From Nitrospirota bacterium (lineage in GTDB: Bacteria; Nitrospirota; Nitrospiria; Nitrospirales; Nitrospiraceae), in assembly GCA_963703955.1 (NCBI GenBank), contig CAVPGK010000011.1, positions 160,001 to 224,000 of the forward strand: 64,000 nucleotides of DNA, read 5' to 3'. The position numbers and the translations under genes are program-made. The notes under the pieces are model-generated. The model did not search any database and was not told where the DNA came from. It saw nothing but the letters and a program-made list of their open reading frames with translations. Numbering within the stretch: position 1 is the stretch's first letter; every line of letters begins with the position of its first letter. Shown here one piece after another: positions 31,434 through 41,542 of the stretch.

Positions 31434-33845
31434 CTACACTGGTAATTCAAAGGTAAAGACCGCACCTTTGGGTTGATTATTGGCGGCCCGGATATGGCCA
31501 TCGTGATCCGTGATGATCCGATGGACAATGGCAAGGCCCAGGCCGGTGCCGGTCTTCTTGCGCGAAAAGTAGGGGACAAACAAGCGTTCCTGGTCTTCCG
31601 GATTGATGCCCATCCCTTCATCGGCCACGCTCACCACAGCCCGGTGCCGCTTGTAATCGTGCTTCGTCGAGACCCACAGACGGCCCTTTTGGTTCATCGC
31701 CTGGACCGCATTATCGAACAGGTTCACGAACACCCGCTTGAATTGCTCGCGATCGAAATTCAGCAACGGAAGTGCCTCCTCCAGATCCACGACAAATTCG
31801 ATATCTTTGTGAGCCCCGCCGTAGAGCGTGACGACTTCCCGAATCACGTCGTGAATGGATTGCCGCGCCATCTGCGGCAGAGGCATCCGCGCGAACTTTG
31901 AGAATTCATCGATCATGTGTTTGAGACTGTTGACCTCATTGACGATCACGTCGGTTGACTCGTCAAAAATGCTTTCGAAGTCGGACGACTTCTCATAGAA
32001 TTTTTTGCGGAGCCGCTGGGCGGAAAGTTGGATGGGCGTTAGCGGATTCTTGATCTCGTGGGCCACCCGCCGCGCCACCTCCTGCCAGGCAGCGACCTTC
32101 TGCGCCTTGATCAACTCGGTCAGATCCTCAAAGACGAGCACGAAGCCCAAATCCTGGCCGCCCTCGCTCCGCATCCGGGATAGATTCAAGCCGACCGTCA
32201 AAAACTTACCCTGAACCTCCATGGGCCCTTCCAGCGAGTGACTCTCCCGCCCATCGGCCAGAATGCGATCATAGGCCGTCTGAAACAGGTCCAGGCCGAG
32301 ATCTTTGAACGCCTCGCTGACCGGACGCCCGCGAAGCCGATCGCCCCACACTCCCAGGATGCGTTCCGCCGAGGGGTTGAACGTCGTGATGATGCCTGCC
32401 CGGTCGATCGATAACACGCCGGCGGCGATCGTGTCCACCACGGCTTCGGTATAGGCCCGCCGATCGTCCAGTTCGAGGTTCGATTGGCGGAGCGAGTTGT
32501 TCACTTCTTCCAATTTGGACTTATTGATTTTCAAATCACGGGTCATCCGATTGAAGGATTCCACGAGCGTTCCGATTTCATCGGTGGCCTTGGCGACAAT
32601 CCTGACATTGAGGTTGCCTCGGGCGATGGCCACGGTGGCCTCCGCCAGCCGCTGGATCGGAACGGTAATGCCGCGAGCCACATAGAATCCGAACCATGTG
32701 GCGCCGAAGAGGATCAAGACGGTGATCACCCCGACGAACAAGTAGGCACCTGCCTTGATCGGGTTTTTCATCGCCTTGACTTTCTTGTACTCCGTATATT
32801 GATTGGAGATTTCCGCCCATTTGGTCAGAAGCGATCCGGGAACGTAGTTGTCAACCACGACGACGCCCGCCACCGCCCCTTGTTTCATGTTGGAAAGGAT
32901 GGGAACACCGGCACGGATGAGCTTCCCATTCAGCGACTCCTGCTCGGACGTCAATTCACGGTTCCCGTTCAAGACTTGGAGCACGAGCTGTCCCACGGGA
33001 AGATCCAGCACCATAGCCGGCACGTTGGGATCCACGGTCTTGGTGAGGGTTTCCATCTTGGAAGAGAAGACTTCCACACCGGCGACATTGTGCTCCGCCC
33101 GCTTGCGGGACATGGTGGCCACCAAGAGATCCCGCTGTTCGGCGGTCATCATATCCTCACGAAAGATCTCTCTGCCGATGGCGCGCGCGCTGTTCACGGC
33201 CAAGCTAATATGACCTTCACGGTTCATGCGGGCCACATCGTAGGCGTCTTTGAGCACCGCCTCGATTTGGTCGTTGAACCAGACGTCCACCGCTTTGTTG
33301 ACCAGCCCGCTGAGCACAATGGCCAGCAATACTGTTGGAACGAGGGAGAAGCCGATAAAGGCCGCCACTAGCTTCGTGCGGAACCCCGATCCCAACAGGC
33401 GATGCCGGCGTTCAAAATAGGCTTTGATCAGGTTTCTGGACAGCAATAGACTAAGGACGACCAAGCCGATCAGGTCCAGATTGATCAGGAGCAGAACGAA
33501 AGCATACCCTGCGCCGGGCATCAGGGAATCGTTCTCCACCCCGCCGGGCAGCGCATAGTGCGAATAGTAAATCGTCAGGACCAGGCACGGAATCAAAAAC
33601 AGGAGAACGATCCAAACTGGGCGCAAATGCGGCCCTCGTCGATCGCCTTCGACAGCCGTCTCTTCAGGTTGGCGAGGCAACGGCTCCTGCTGCACCAATG
33701 ACCGCTCGTCGAGCTCAGGGGCTTGGGGAAGAGCCCTTCGGCCGATCCCTTGCGCGGAGCTTAGGGCCGATCCCTCAACAGATGTGTCTGGCCTGCTTGG
33801 ACGCTTTGGCACGTCACTGGTAGAGCGAAAGAGGTCGGCCATCAC
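31434..33845 (-). CDS. HAMP/PAS sensor histidine kinase (NtrY-like)
   Basis: Transmembrane helices, HAMP, PAS, AWQEVARRVAHEIKNPLTPIQLSAQRL, GTGLGL; start uncertain. Confidence 0.92.
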   Translation of the reverse strand: MMADLFRSTSDVPKRPSRPDTSVEGSALSSAQGIGRRALPQAPELDERSLVQQEPLPRQPEETAVEGDRRGPHLRPVWIVLLFLIPCLVLTIYYSHYALPGGVENDSLMPGAGYAFVLLLINLDLIGLVVLSLLLSRNLIKAYFERRHRLLGSGFRTKLVAAFIGFSLVPTVLLAIVLSGLVNKAVDVWFNDQIEAVLKDAYDVARMNREGHISLAVNSARAIGREIFREDMMTAEQRDLLVATMSRKRAEHNVAGVEVFSSKMETLTKTVDPNVPAMVLDLPVGQLVLQVLNGNRELTSEQESLNGKLIRAGVPILSNMKQGAVAGVVVVDNYVPGSLLTKWAEISNQYTEYKKVKAMKNPIKAGAYLFVGVITVLILFGATWFGFYVARGITVPIQRLAEATVAIARGNLNVRIVAKATDEIGTLVESFNRMTRDLKINKSKLEEVNNSLRQSNLELDDRRAYTEAVVDTIAAGVLSIDRAGIITTFNPSAERILGVWGDRLRGRPVSEAFKDLGLDLFQTAYDRILADGRESHSLEGPMEVQGKFLTVGLNLSRMRSEGGQDLGFVLVFEDLTELIKAQKVAAWQEVARRVAHEIKNPLTPIQLSAQRLRKKFYEKSSDFESIFDESTDVIVNEVNSLKHMIDEFSKFARMPLPQMARQSIHDVIREVVTLYGGAHKDIEFVVDLEEALPLLNFDREQFKRVFVNLFDNAVQAMNQKGRLWVSTKHDYKRHRAVVSVADEGMGINPEDQERLFVPYFSRKKTGTGLGLAIVHRIITDHDGHIRAANNQPKGAVFTFELPV

Positions 33846-35134
33846 GCACTCCGACTGGTCTGCCTAGATACCCAGGCGGCTTCAAAGTCACGATACGTCG
33901 TTTGAAAGACGATTTCAAATGCCGCGGCAAACTCCGGTGTCATTGCAAGAGTCTCGATCAGGCGCCGGACTTTGGTCAAACCGTAAAGATCGACGATCGT
34001 CCGCGTGGCGCTATAGCCTTCGGCATAGGCGAGTTGGACGTCCCGTGGTGGAAGGTCCACGAAGCTTCCATGGAGCGCGTGTAGCGGGATCAGTTCACCC
34101 CGACGGCGCGCGAGGATGTCTCGGCCCCAGGTGACTGGACGGCCCTCAAAATAGAGTGCCAAGCCTTCCTGCAGCCAGGTGGGCGCGTGTCCCCGGCTCA
34201 GCCGGTGGACGATCGCATGCGTGTATTCATGGGCAAGGGCTGCGTCGGCATCGTGGCCCCTTTTCAACACCGTTCCAGTGGCTAGATGGATCTTGCCGTC
34301 GTAGAGGCCGCCGACCCAATCCGGGCTTCCCGTCAGTCTCTTGAATCGATCGGCAGAGTAGAGAATGACGATCATGACGTCATCGGAATTCCACCCCAGC
34401 TGTCGACCGACGACCTCGTAGAGCCGTTCGAGGCGAGCGATTACGTCGTTCGCGATTCGACGTTGGCCGATCTCAAATTTCAGAACAAAATGAGGGCTCA
34501 GGATCCGGGACAGGTGCGCCTCTTCCTGAGAAGCCCGACGCGCGGTAAAGAGGCCGTCTTGCACGGTTAGATCGTTGGGATCCTGCCGAGCGGCCGCTTC
34601 GTAGTGCCTGACGGAGGCTTCCAATTCGTCGCGCTTGAAGTACAGCTCGCCCAACAGCGCGTGGACGTGTTGGACGTCCGCATCGAGCTCAAGCGCCCGG
34701 GCCAACGCCGCAATCGCGAGATCATGCTGACCGAGCCGGTACCGGCTGAGTCCCAACCCCATCAATAAGGACGGCTCATTGGGGAATAGACGGGTTGCCT
34801 CAGTGAAGGCCAGTGCCGCCCGGTCGAATTCGCCGGATTGAATGAACCCCCACGCGGCTTCCGCTCGTGATGCCATCGGATAGGGGTTGGGCCGACTTTT
34901 CTCAGGAGCGACCGACTCAGGCCCGACCTTGGTCTTCGAGGATTGATCGTCCATCAACCGACCATGGACGGTCGTTTGCGGAGTGCCCGATGGGATCGCC
35001 GGGGTCATGACGGCGGTGGACACTTCGCCGCCGATCTCTCCGCGATCATGGATCTTCCACACGACTCCCCATCCTCCGATGAGAACGAGGAGCCCGAGTG
35101 AGATAACGGTCCACCGACGCGCTTCAAGGTTCAT
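33842..35134 (-). CDS. TPR-containing peptidase MA-family metallohydrolase
   Basis: TPR repeats, LAHEYTH, PTWLQEGLA. Confidence 0.85.
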   Translation of the reverse strand: MNLEARRWTVISLGLLVLIGGWGVVWKIHDRGEIGGEVSTAVMTPAIPSGTPQTTVHGRLMDDQSSKTKVGPESVAPEKSRPNPYPMASRAEAAWGFIQSGEFDRAALAFTEATRLFPNEPSLLMGLGLSRYRLGQHDLAIAALARALELDADVQHVHALLGELYFKRDELEASVRHYEAAARQDPNDLTVQDGLFTARRASQEEAHLSRILSPHFVLKFEIGQRRIANDVIARLERLYEVVGRQLGWNSDDVMIVILYSADRFKRLTGSPDWVGGLYDGKIHLATGTVLKRGHDADAALAHEYTHAIVHRLSRGHAPTWLQEGLALYFEGRPVTWGRDILARRRGELIPLHALHGSFVDLPPRDVQLAYAEGYSATRTIVDLYGLTKVRRLIETLAMTPEFAAAFEIVFQTTYRDFEAAWVSRQTSRSA

Positions 35135-35246
35135 CAAGGATCCCCGCCCTCATCTGCCACACAAAGGGTACGACGAGCGAACATGAAAGACGATGACACA
35201 GGTTGGGGCAATGCACAGAGGAAGGAAGACAATGGCCGACGCGGGC

Positions 35247-35675
35247 CTAGGGCGATTTCGTCGCCGGCTTCGCCGAGGCGAGATCCACGTACTTCATCCG
35301 CAACGCATAGAGCATATCGGTCAGTACGCTTTGCTCCTCGGCCATGAGATTCCCCTTGGTCTTACCTTCCAACATAGAGAGGATATCGATGATTTCCTTC
35401 GCTTGCGACAGATTCACCGGCATCCGTCCCTGCTGCGGATCGAGTTGTTCTCCCATAAGCATCAAGGCCGACGTGCCGAGCGAGAAGATAAAGGAAGAGA
35501 ACGTAACAGGCTGGCGAGGTTCCTGGTCATGAGCCGGTTCCGCGGCGGCGGAACGCGAAAATTCAGCCTGAGTCGCCGATGAGGCTGAAGACCCCGCGGC
35601 GGATGACTCGGCGTGCTCATCACCCCGCCCCCGGCGATCTCGAATGACGAAGGATTTGCTGTCTTCTTCAGTCAT
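35247..35675 (-). CDS. DUF1844-like protein
   Basis: FSSFIFSL...A...IDILSMLEGKTKGNL..EE...L...LYALRMKYV. Confidence 0.8.
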   Translation of the reverse strand: MTEEDSKSFVIRDRRGRGDEHAESSAAGSSASSATQAEFSRSAAAEPAHDQEPRQPVTFSSFIFSLGTSALMLMGEQLDPQQGRMPVNLSQAKEIIDILSMLEGKTKGNLMAEEQSVLTDMLYALRMKYVDLASAKPATKSP

Positions 35676-35831
35676 GACGCATCCGACGGGTGTATCGCTG
35701 TGAAATATTACACACTTTCGTGTATTCATGCAAGCCATCGCCCGATTGAATCGCACCGAGAAATCCATGATAATGGCGCGAACCTCGCGTGATCGATAAG
35801 CCGGCCACAGACCTCCGGGGATCAACAAGCA

Positions 35832-36662
35832 ATGTCTAAACGGTTCGATGATCTCGTACAATTGATGGCCAAGCTCCGAGCCCCCGACGGCTGTCCGTGG
35901 GATCGTAAGCAAACCCATGAATCACTGAAACCCTATCTCATCGAGGAAGCATACGAGGTTCTCGAGAGCATTGACCAGAATGATCCGCCCAAGCTTCGGG
36001 AAGAGCTGGGCGATCTGCTCCTACAGGTGCTTTTCCATGGGCAAATCGGCTCCGAGCAGGGGACCTTTACGCTCGAACAGGTCATGCAATCGCTGACGGA
36101 CAAATTGATTCGTCGCCATCCTCATGTCTTCGGTACCCTTGAACAGAAGGCAGGTACCCTCAACCCCGAGGAGGTCAAGGTCCGGTGGGAGCAAATCAAG
36201 CGCGATGAACGAACGGGCACCGGTCAGAGAGGCTCGGCGCTGGACGGCGTTCCGAAGACCCTCCCCGCTCTTCTTCGCGCGTACCAGGTGCAAGCCCGCG
36301 CGTCCCGAGTGGGCTTTGATTGGCCAGGGATCGAACCGGTGCTCCAAAAGCTTGAGGAGGAATTGCAGGAACTTCGCGAGGCCATGGCAGTTCCATCAAT
36401 CCCCACCTCGTCCGAGTCGCGTCAGACATCCCGGACACAGATTGAGGCGGAGCTCGGGGATGTCCTGTTCACCTTGGTCAACGTCGCACGCTTTCTGAAG
36501 GTCAATCCGGAAGAAGCCCTCCGGAAGACCATTACCCGCTTTTCACATCGATTTGAATTTATCGAAGCGCAGGCGACCGCCTCCGGTCGAACACTCGAAG
36601 AGATGACGCTGACGGAAATGGATGCCCTGTGGGAGGAAGCCAAACATAAGACGTTGGATTGA
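35832..36662 (+). CDS. mazG: Nucleoside triphosphate pyrophosphohydrolase
   Basis: LRAPDGCPWDRKQT, EEAYE, EELGDLL, RRHPHVF, second ELGD. Confidence 0.96.
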   Translation: MSKRFDDLVQLMAKLRAPDGCPWDRKQTHESLKPYLIEEAYEVLESIDQNDPPKLREELGDLLLQVLFHGQIGSEQGTFTLEQVMQSLTDKLIRRHPHVFGTLEQKAGTLNPEEVKVRWEQIKRDERTGTGQRGSALDGVPKTLPALLRAYQVQARASRVGFDWPGIEPVLQKLEEELQELREAMAVPSIPTSSESRQTSRTQIEAELGDVLFTLVNVARFLKVNPEEALRKTITRFSHRFEFIEAQATASGRTLEEMTLTEMDALWEEAKHKTLD

Positions 36663-36674
36663 GACACGAACCTG

Positions 36675-37307
36675 ATGGACAACGAAGAGCATCCGTACGA
36701 GGAAGGTAAGAGAGCCGGGGCCCACCCCTTCGTCGTGATCTTCGGCGTTATCATCGGGCTGTGGTTGCTCATTGTCGTCTTTCTTCCAGGTCCCAAACGG
36801 GATCGGCAGGGCACCGTGCCCGAGAATCCTGAAAACGTTCAGAAAGTCGCTGAAGAACCCGATGCGGCTCCCGTGATGTTTCGTGTGGTGGCCACGATCT
36901 CTGACGTCAACGCCGTCAGTATCGTCGTCCCGCAACAAACCACCACTAGCCAGATTGTCGGTCTCTTAAAGCGCTTCCGCCAAGCGCGTCTCAACAACAC
37001 ACTGTCCGAGCTAGTGCCTCCCACTACGCTCGGTCACAAACTAGGTACGCACGCCATCGCAGACATTTACATCTTTTCCGATCCCAAATATGCTGCTCCG
37101 GATGCGGTTCGCGTGCTCGCCCGGGGAGCCCACGTTCCCGGCGAACTCTATCCTCAAGCCATCCCGTTCGAGGTCGCGATGGAACAGGTGCGCGGTCACT
37201 ATCGGATCGATCTTAACGATACGGGAAACCCCGATCGGGCCTCCTTGGGATTCGCTGATGAATCCGGTGTTCACTCGAAACAATACCGGCGCTTGTTTGG
37301 CACGTAA
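36675..37307 (+). CDS. Membrane-anchored hypothetical protein
   Basis: 210 aa, single N-terminal transmembrane helix. Confidence 0.7.
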   Translation: MDNEEHPYEEGKRAGAHPFVVIFGVIIGLWLLIVVFLPGPKRDRQGTVPENPENVQKVAEEPDAAPVMFRVVATISDVNAVSIVVPQQTTTSQIVGLLKRFRQARLNNTLSELVPPTTLGHKLGTHAIADIYIFSDPKYAAPDAVRVLARGAHVPGELYPQAIPFEVAMEQVRGHYRIDLNDTGNPDRASLGFADESGVHSKQYRRLFGT

Positions 37308-37523
37308 CCCGGATTCTTTAGGACACCCTCTCCAGAGGTCGTTTCACCGGCTCCTTCACCCTCCCGGTCCCAAGCACGCCGGGACGCGCCTTCCCATTGC
37401 CTGAGCCTACCAAGAGAGGTTCTTCATTGTTTTCACCCGCCCACCCCAAGCCAGCCAGGACCGGCTTTCTTCCCATGGTCCCGGTCAGTAGGGTATTCGT
37501 GAAAATTCGGGTCAATATCAATC

Positions 37524-37722
37524 TTGTACACAATTTCTTCCCAGCCTTGCCGACTGATCCATTTCCTTCCTGCAAAGTTGGCTCGTAACTCTCTCCGTCA
37601 ACTATATCTTGGGGGTGCTGCCGTCTCGAATACAATGCTTAAAACTTGTGCAGGTCGTTCGTTGAGAGTCCAGTGTGGGCTATTATCCTACAGCCTCTGG
37701 GTTATTCACACACTTGTCCACA
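37524..37722. promoter_or_regulatory. Cluster of DnaA-box-like 9-mers in a 505-bp intergenic region
   Basis: TTATTCACA (37702-37710), TTGTCCACA (37714-37722), TTGTACACA (37524-37532), TTATCCTACA (37683-37692). Confidence 0.45.
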
Positions 37723-37812
37723 GATTCTGGGGATGCGGAATTTGACCAAGAACCAGTACCCACGGACTGCCTGACCGAATCCTGAGATGAAAATCCGAGA
37801 AGGGAGGTGAGG

Positions 37813-38238
37813 TTAGGATGGGCCTCGCAGTTTCAAATCAACTTTACCGAGGATTTCCTGCCGTAACGACGGCTTATTTTCATTCATCCACGTTTCCAAT
37901 CGTGGGAAGAGGTGGGCTAGCGGGCCGGTGAACGGGCCGACCATGACGTCGTACCGTTCCAAGAACATTGCTTCCTCGTTGGCAATCTGAAGCTTGTGAT
38001 CGGCAATCCGCCGGGACAACAGTTGATTGATGAGCAGTTGTTGACCAGGGCTTCCGCCCTCGATGTCCAACAGCTTCTTCTTGCAATAATCCAATTCGTC
38101 AGAGATGGCGACCTTCACTCGCACTGCATGCGGCGTGGGCCACTGGGCTCGTTGGACCGAGTAATCGTAGGAGAGCACCAATTCGCGCGGCTCTCGGTAG
38201 GGACCACTGACGTTCAGGATCGTAAATGGGTTTTTCAT
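37813..38238 (-). CDS. Hypothetical protein
   Basis: 141-aa ORF downstream of the heme genes, protein-like. Confidence 0.7.
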   Translation of the reverse strand: MKNPFTILNVSGPYREPRELVLSYDYSVQRAQWPTPHAVRVKVAISDELDYCKKKLLDIEGGSPGQQLLINQLLSRRIADHKLQIANEEAMFLERYDVMVGPFTGPLAHLFPRLETWMNENKPSLRQEILGKVDLKLRGPS

Positions 38239-38320
38239 GGGAATAGACTGAACGGATATCTGCACGTACAAGACAGGCGGCTCCGTCCTCGGAGATCAAG
38301 TTTGCGACTCGTTTCGGACT

Positions 38321-38932
38321 CTATCGTCTTCGTTCAAACTGAACAAATTTCACCTCACCTTCTCCTTCGGTTGGTCCTCGCCACCCCCGCAAGCCGTCCT
38401 GAACATTGTAGAGATTCGTATACCCCTTGCGGCTCAAGAAGTCGCAGGCCAACCTGCTCCGATCCCCGTTCATGCAATAGACAAAGATCTTGTCCACCAT
38501 CTCCGGAATATCGCTCTTGTACCGGGCCTCGAGCTCTTCGAAAGGGACCAGTTTGGCGCCAGCCGCGTGTTTCACCATGTATTCCCTGGAGGTTCTGACA
38601 TCCACCAGCAGAACATGATCGGACTGCGGCCCTCTCTCCTGCTCGATGATCCGTTGCGCTTCCTCAGCCGAGACGTCCGTATACAAACGCCCATTGAGAA
38701 TCAGATCCGGAGAAACAGGCCTGCCCTCAACCACCGTGGCCAGTTGGAGGCGCAGTGGTTGAACGGCCTCGTGAAGTTCTTCCGGAAATCGCTTCACCCG
38801 GTTGTCAGTATAGTATTGGTCGCGCTTGAGTTGTTTCAGTTCTTTGGTCAACCTGAAGGTCCGTCGCAAGACGAATAGGCCGATGGCCAACGCGGAGAGA
38901 CAAAGGACCCAGAGCACTCCTTCCATACGCAC
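38321..38932 (-). CDS. Membrane-anchored rhodanese-domain protein
   Basis: LVDVRT..EY...H..GA, VYCMNGDRS, GGL-like DGLRGW. Confidence 0.88.
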   Translation of the reverse strand: MRMEGVLWVLCLSALAIGLFVLRRTFRLTKELKQLKRDQYYTDNRVKRFPEELHEAVQPLRLQLATVVEGRPVSPDLILNGRLYTDVSAEEAQRIIEQERGPQSDHVLLVDVRTSREYMVKHAAGAKLVPFEELEARYKSDIPEMVDKIFVYCMNGDRSRLACDFLSRKGYTNLYNVQDGLRGWRGPTEGEGEVKFVQFERRR

Positions 38933-38978
38933 CTCGACGACGCACTATAAGTCGCCCCTTGGTCCTTGGCAAGCGCTT

Positions 38979-40436
38979 TCAGGACCGGGACCCCAATAGA
39001 TGGCGAATGACGCGCTCGGCCGTCTCGGTCCCATCGCGGATGCAGTCGGGGATACCGATTCCCCGATACCCCGCCCCGGTCACATACATTCCTGGAAATG
39101 CTTGCAGCGCGTCTTGAATCTTCTGAAGTCGCTCGAGATGACCCAAGGTGTACTGGGGCATGCCTCGCTCCCACCGATTCACTTCCACGTAGATCGGGGA
39201 CTCGGTAATTCCCGCGATCTCCTTTAATTCGTTCTTGACCCGTTGCGTCAACGTGCGGTCATCAACCGCGAGGATCTCCTCGCGCCCGACCCCGCCAACG
39301 TAGCAACGAACCAGGCTCTGCGAAAGCGGGGATCGGTGGCTCCACTTCTGTGACGTCCAGGTCGCGGCCAATAGATCCCGCTGTTCAACACGAGGCACGA
39401 CGAACCCGAACCCTTTCACCCACGGGCCCAGATCGGTGCGGCCATAGGCCAAGGATACCGTGGCGGTGGAGGCATAGGGGATGGCGCCTAGGATATCCGC
39501 CGCTCCAGGAGATAGGTCACGAATCAGCTCACCGGACACATAAGCCGGCGTGGCCAGAACGACCGCGTCCGTGGAAACGACCGGGTGGGCGTCGAACAAG
39601 AGCGCATAGGCTGGCTCGCCGGTCTGAGTGGAGCGCGCTCTGATCGTGGTGACTCGCTGGCCCAGCCTCAACTGGGTTCCCGCTTTTTCAAGGCGGGTAA
39701 TTGTGGTGTTGGTCATTGTATTCAAGCCGTCGCGGAGCGTGACGAACATCGTCCGGCGTTCCGAACCAGGATTACTCGACGGTCTCATTTCCTCTCGACC
39801 TGCCAAGAGTCCGCGGATGAGGCTACCGTGCTGTCGCTCCATGTCATGAAATCGCGGGAAGGTCGCGCGAAGGCTCATCCGTTCCGCATCGCCGGCGTAG
39901 ATGCCGGCCATCAACGGCTCGATGATCCGTTCAAACGCCTCGCGTCCGAGCCGTCGCCGAAAAAACGAGGCGAGCGATTCATCGTCGCCCGCCACCCGCC
40001 TCCGCGGAATCGCCAGGTCCATTGCCATGCGAGCTTTCCCCGACCACGATAAGAGCCCGCTTCGAAGAAACGGACCGATCTCTGTCGGAACCATCATGAC
40101 CAGTCCCTCGGGAAGCGGTCGAAGTCGCCCTCGCGAAAAAACAAAGGCCTTGTTCTCAAGCGGATTGGTGTTGATCAACTGATCACCCAAGCCCAGTTCC
40201 CGGCACAGATCCAGCGCCCACGGCTTCTGGGACAGGAACGAGTCGGGCCCGGCTTCAATCACCAGGCCGCCGACCGTATGGGTCACGATCTTTCCACCCC
40301 ACGCGCGCCCCGCTTCGATCACGCTACAGGTCAGCGGGAGACCCGCCGCAGCCGCGCGAACGTGGAGCGCGAAAGCCGTCGCCAGCCCAGCAATCCCGCC
40401 GCCGACAATGGCCACATGTTTGGGAGAGACTGCCAC
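38979..40436 (-). CDS. hemG: Protoporphyrinogen/coproporphyrinogen oxidase (HemY type)
   Basis: GGGIAGL FAD motif, EAGPDSF, GIYAGD, GFGFVVP, MPQY, GIGIPDC. Confidence 0.93.
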   Translation of the reverse strand: MAVSPKHVAIVGGGIAGLATAFALHVRAAAAGLPLTCSVIEAGRAWGGKIVTHTVGGLVIEAGPDSFLSQKPWALDLCRELGLGDQLINTNPLENKAFVFSRGRLRPLPEGLVMMVPTEIGPFLRSGLLSWSGKARMAMDLAIPRRRVAGDDESLASFFRRRLGREAFERIIEPLMAGIYAGDAERMSLRATFPRFHDMERQHGSLIRGLLAGREEMRPSSNPGSERRTMFVTLRDGLNTMTNTTITRLEKAGTQLRLGQRVTTIRARSTQTGEPAYALLFDAHPVVSTDAVVLATPAYVSGELIRDLSPGAADILGAIPYASTATVSLAYGRTDLGPWVKGFGFVVPRVEQRDLLAATWTSQKWSHRSPLSQSLVRCYVGGVGREEILAVDDRTLTQRVKNELKEIAGITESPIYVEVNRWERGMPQYTLGHLERLQKIQDALQAFPGMYVTGAGYRGIGIPDCIRDGTETAERVIRHLLGSRS

Positions 40437-40442
40437 GGAGTG

Positions 40443-41387
40443 TTACCGGACCGTAGAGGAGAGGTGTTCCTCCAAAACTGACGCGAGTGTCTCGATCAAC
40501 GGCGCACCGGCATTCAACATGGGAATCCGTTCGAGCTGCATGCCCTTGGATTCAGCCAGGCGTTTGAACTCGATGTCCACATCGTAGAGCACCTCAAGAT
40601 GATCGGAAATAAATCCGATGGGCGCGATGAGGACGGCCCGGTGGCCGTCACGGTGCAACGCGTCGATCGTCTCCTCGACGGTCGGCCCCAGCCACTTTTC
40701 CCCGGTTAGGCCCTGACTTTGATACGCAAATCGCGCGGACACGTGCCCCAGACGCTCGCATACCGCCGCCATCGTCACACGGACTTCCTCCGGGTAAGGA
40801 TCCTTCATCTCGAGAATCCGTTCGGGCAGACTATGAGCGGTAAAGATGATAGGGACATCCGCGCGAACGTCGGCCGGGAACTTGTTCAAGCTCGTGGTAA
40901 TGTTTTCAGCGACTGCCTTCGTGAGACCCGGATGGCGATGCCAGCTCTGAACGAAACTGATCGGAAAATCACCGCCTAACTCCGCTCTGGCCTCCTCCAC
41001 CTTCTTGACATAGGCGCCGATGCTGAGGGATGAATATTGTGGCGCCATACAGAGCCCAACCAGCCGTTCGGGTTGATCGTCCAGAAGCTCGGCGTAGGCC
41101 TGTTTGATGTAGGGATGCCAATGGCGGAGCCCGACATAGACACGAAACCCCTCCCCGCCCGGTCCGTTTAGTTTCTGTTCAAGCCGCCGCGCGACTTCGC
41201 GAGTAATACCCAGCACCGGCGAGCTGCCTCCCGTCGCTCGATACCGTTCGCGAATTTCGTGCAGGAGGTCCGGAGGCGTCGGCCGCCCTCCCCGAACGTC
41301 TTGTAGATAGGGCTCCACATTGTCCAGGCTGTCAGGCCCTCCCATGGCCATCAACAGCACCGCCACCGGCTTCATCGACCCAGGCAT
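40443..41387 (-). CDS. hemH: Ferrochelatase
   Basis: LLMAMGGP, GGSSP, TAHSLP, YQS, WLGP, GFISDHLEVLYDVD. Confidence 0.95.
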   Translation of the reverse strand: MPGSMKPVAVLLMAMGGPDSLDNVEPYLQDVRGGRPTPPDLLHEIRERYRATGGSSPVLGITREVARRLEQKLNGPGGEGFRVYVGLRHWHPYIKQAYAELLDDQPERLVGLCMAPQYSSLSIGAYVKKVEEARAELGGDFPISFVQSWHRHPGLTKAVAENITTSLNKFPADVRADVPIIFTAHSLPERILEMKDPYPEEVRVTMAAVCERLGHVSARFAYQSQGLTGEKWLGPTVEETIDALHRDGHRAVLIAPIGFISDHLEVLYDVDIEFKRLAESKGMQLERIPMLNAGAPLIETLASVLEEHLSSTVR

Positions 41388-41416
41388 CTCTCTCCCCTGT
41401 TGGTATCCTGCCTCTC

Positions 41417-41541
41417 CAGAATGCTTAAAAAGGTCTTCCAACAAGGCCGCAGACGAGAAAAAACCGCAAGCGTAGCCTCTGGGCTACGTTAAGGATTTTT
41501 TCGAGTCGAGAACGAAGTTGGAGGCCTTTTTTAGCATTCTG
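41417..41541. repeat. 125-bp palindromic REP/MITE-like element between hemE and hemH
   Basis: Imperfect ~25-bp terminal inverted repeat CAGAATGCTTAAAAAGGTCTTCCAAC / GTTGGAGGCCTTTTTTAGCATTCTG; central hairpin CGTAGCC-TCTG-GGCTACG. Confidence 0.8.
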
Positions 41542-41542
41542 C

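Noticed and set aside
41388..41444. Extended hemH N-terminus in the ORF track
   Set aside because: The start falls inside the palindromic repeat; ATG at 41387 has a purine-rich RBS
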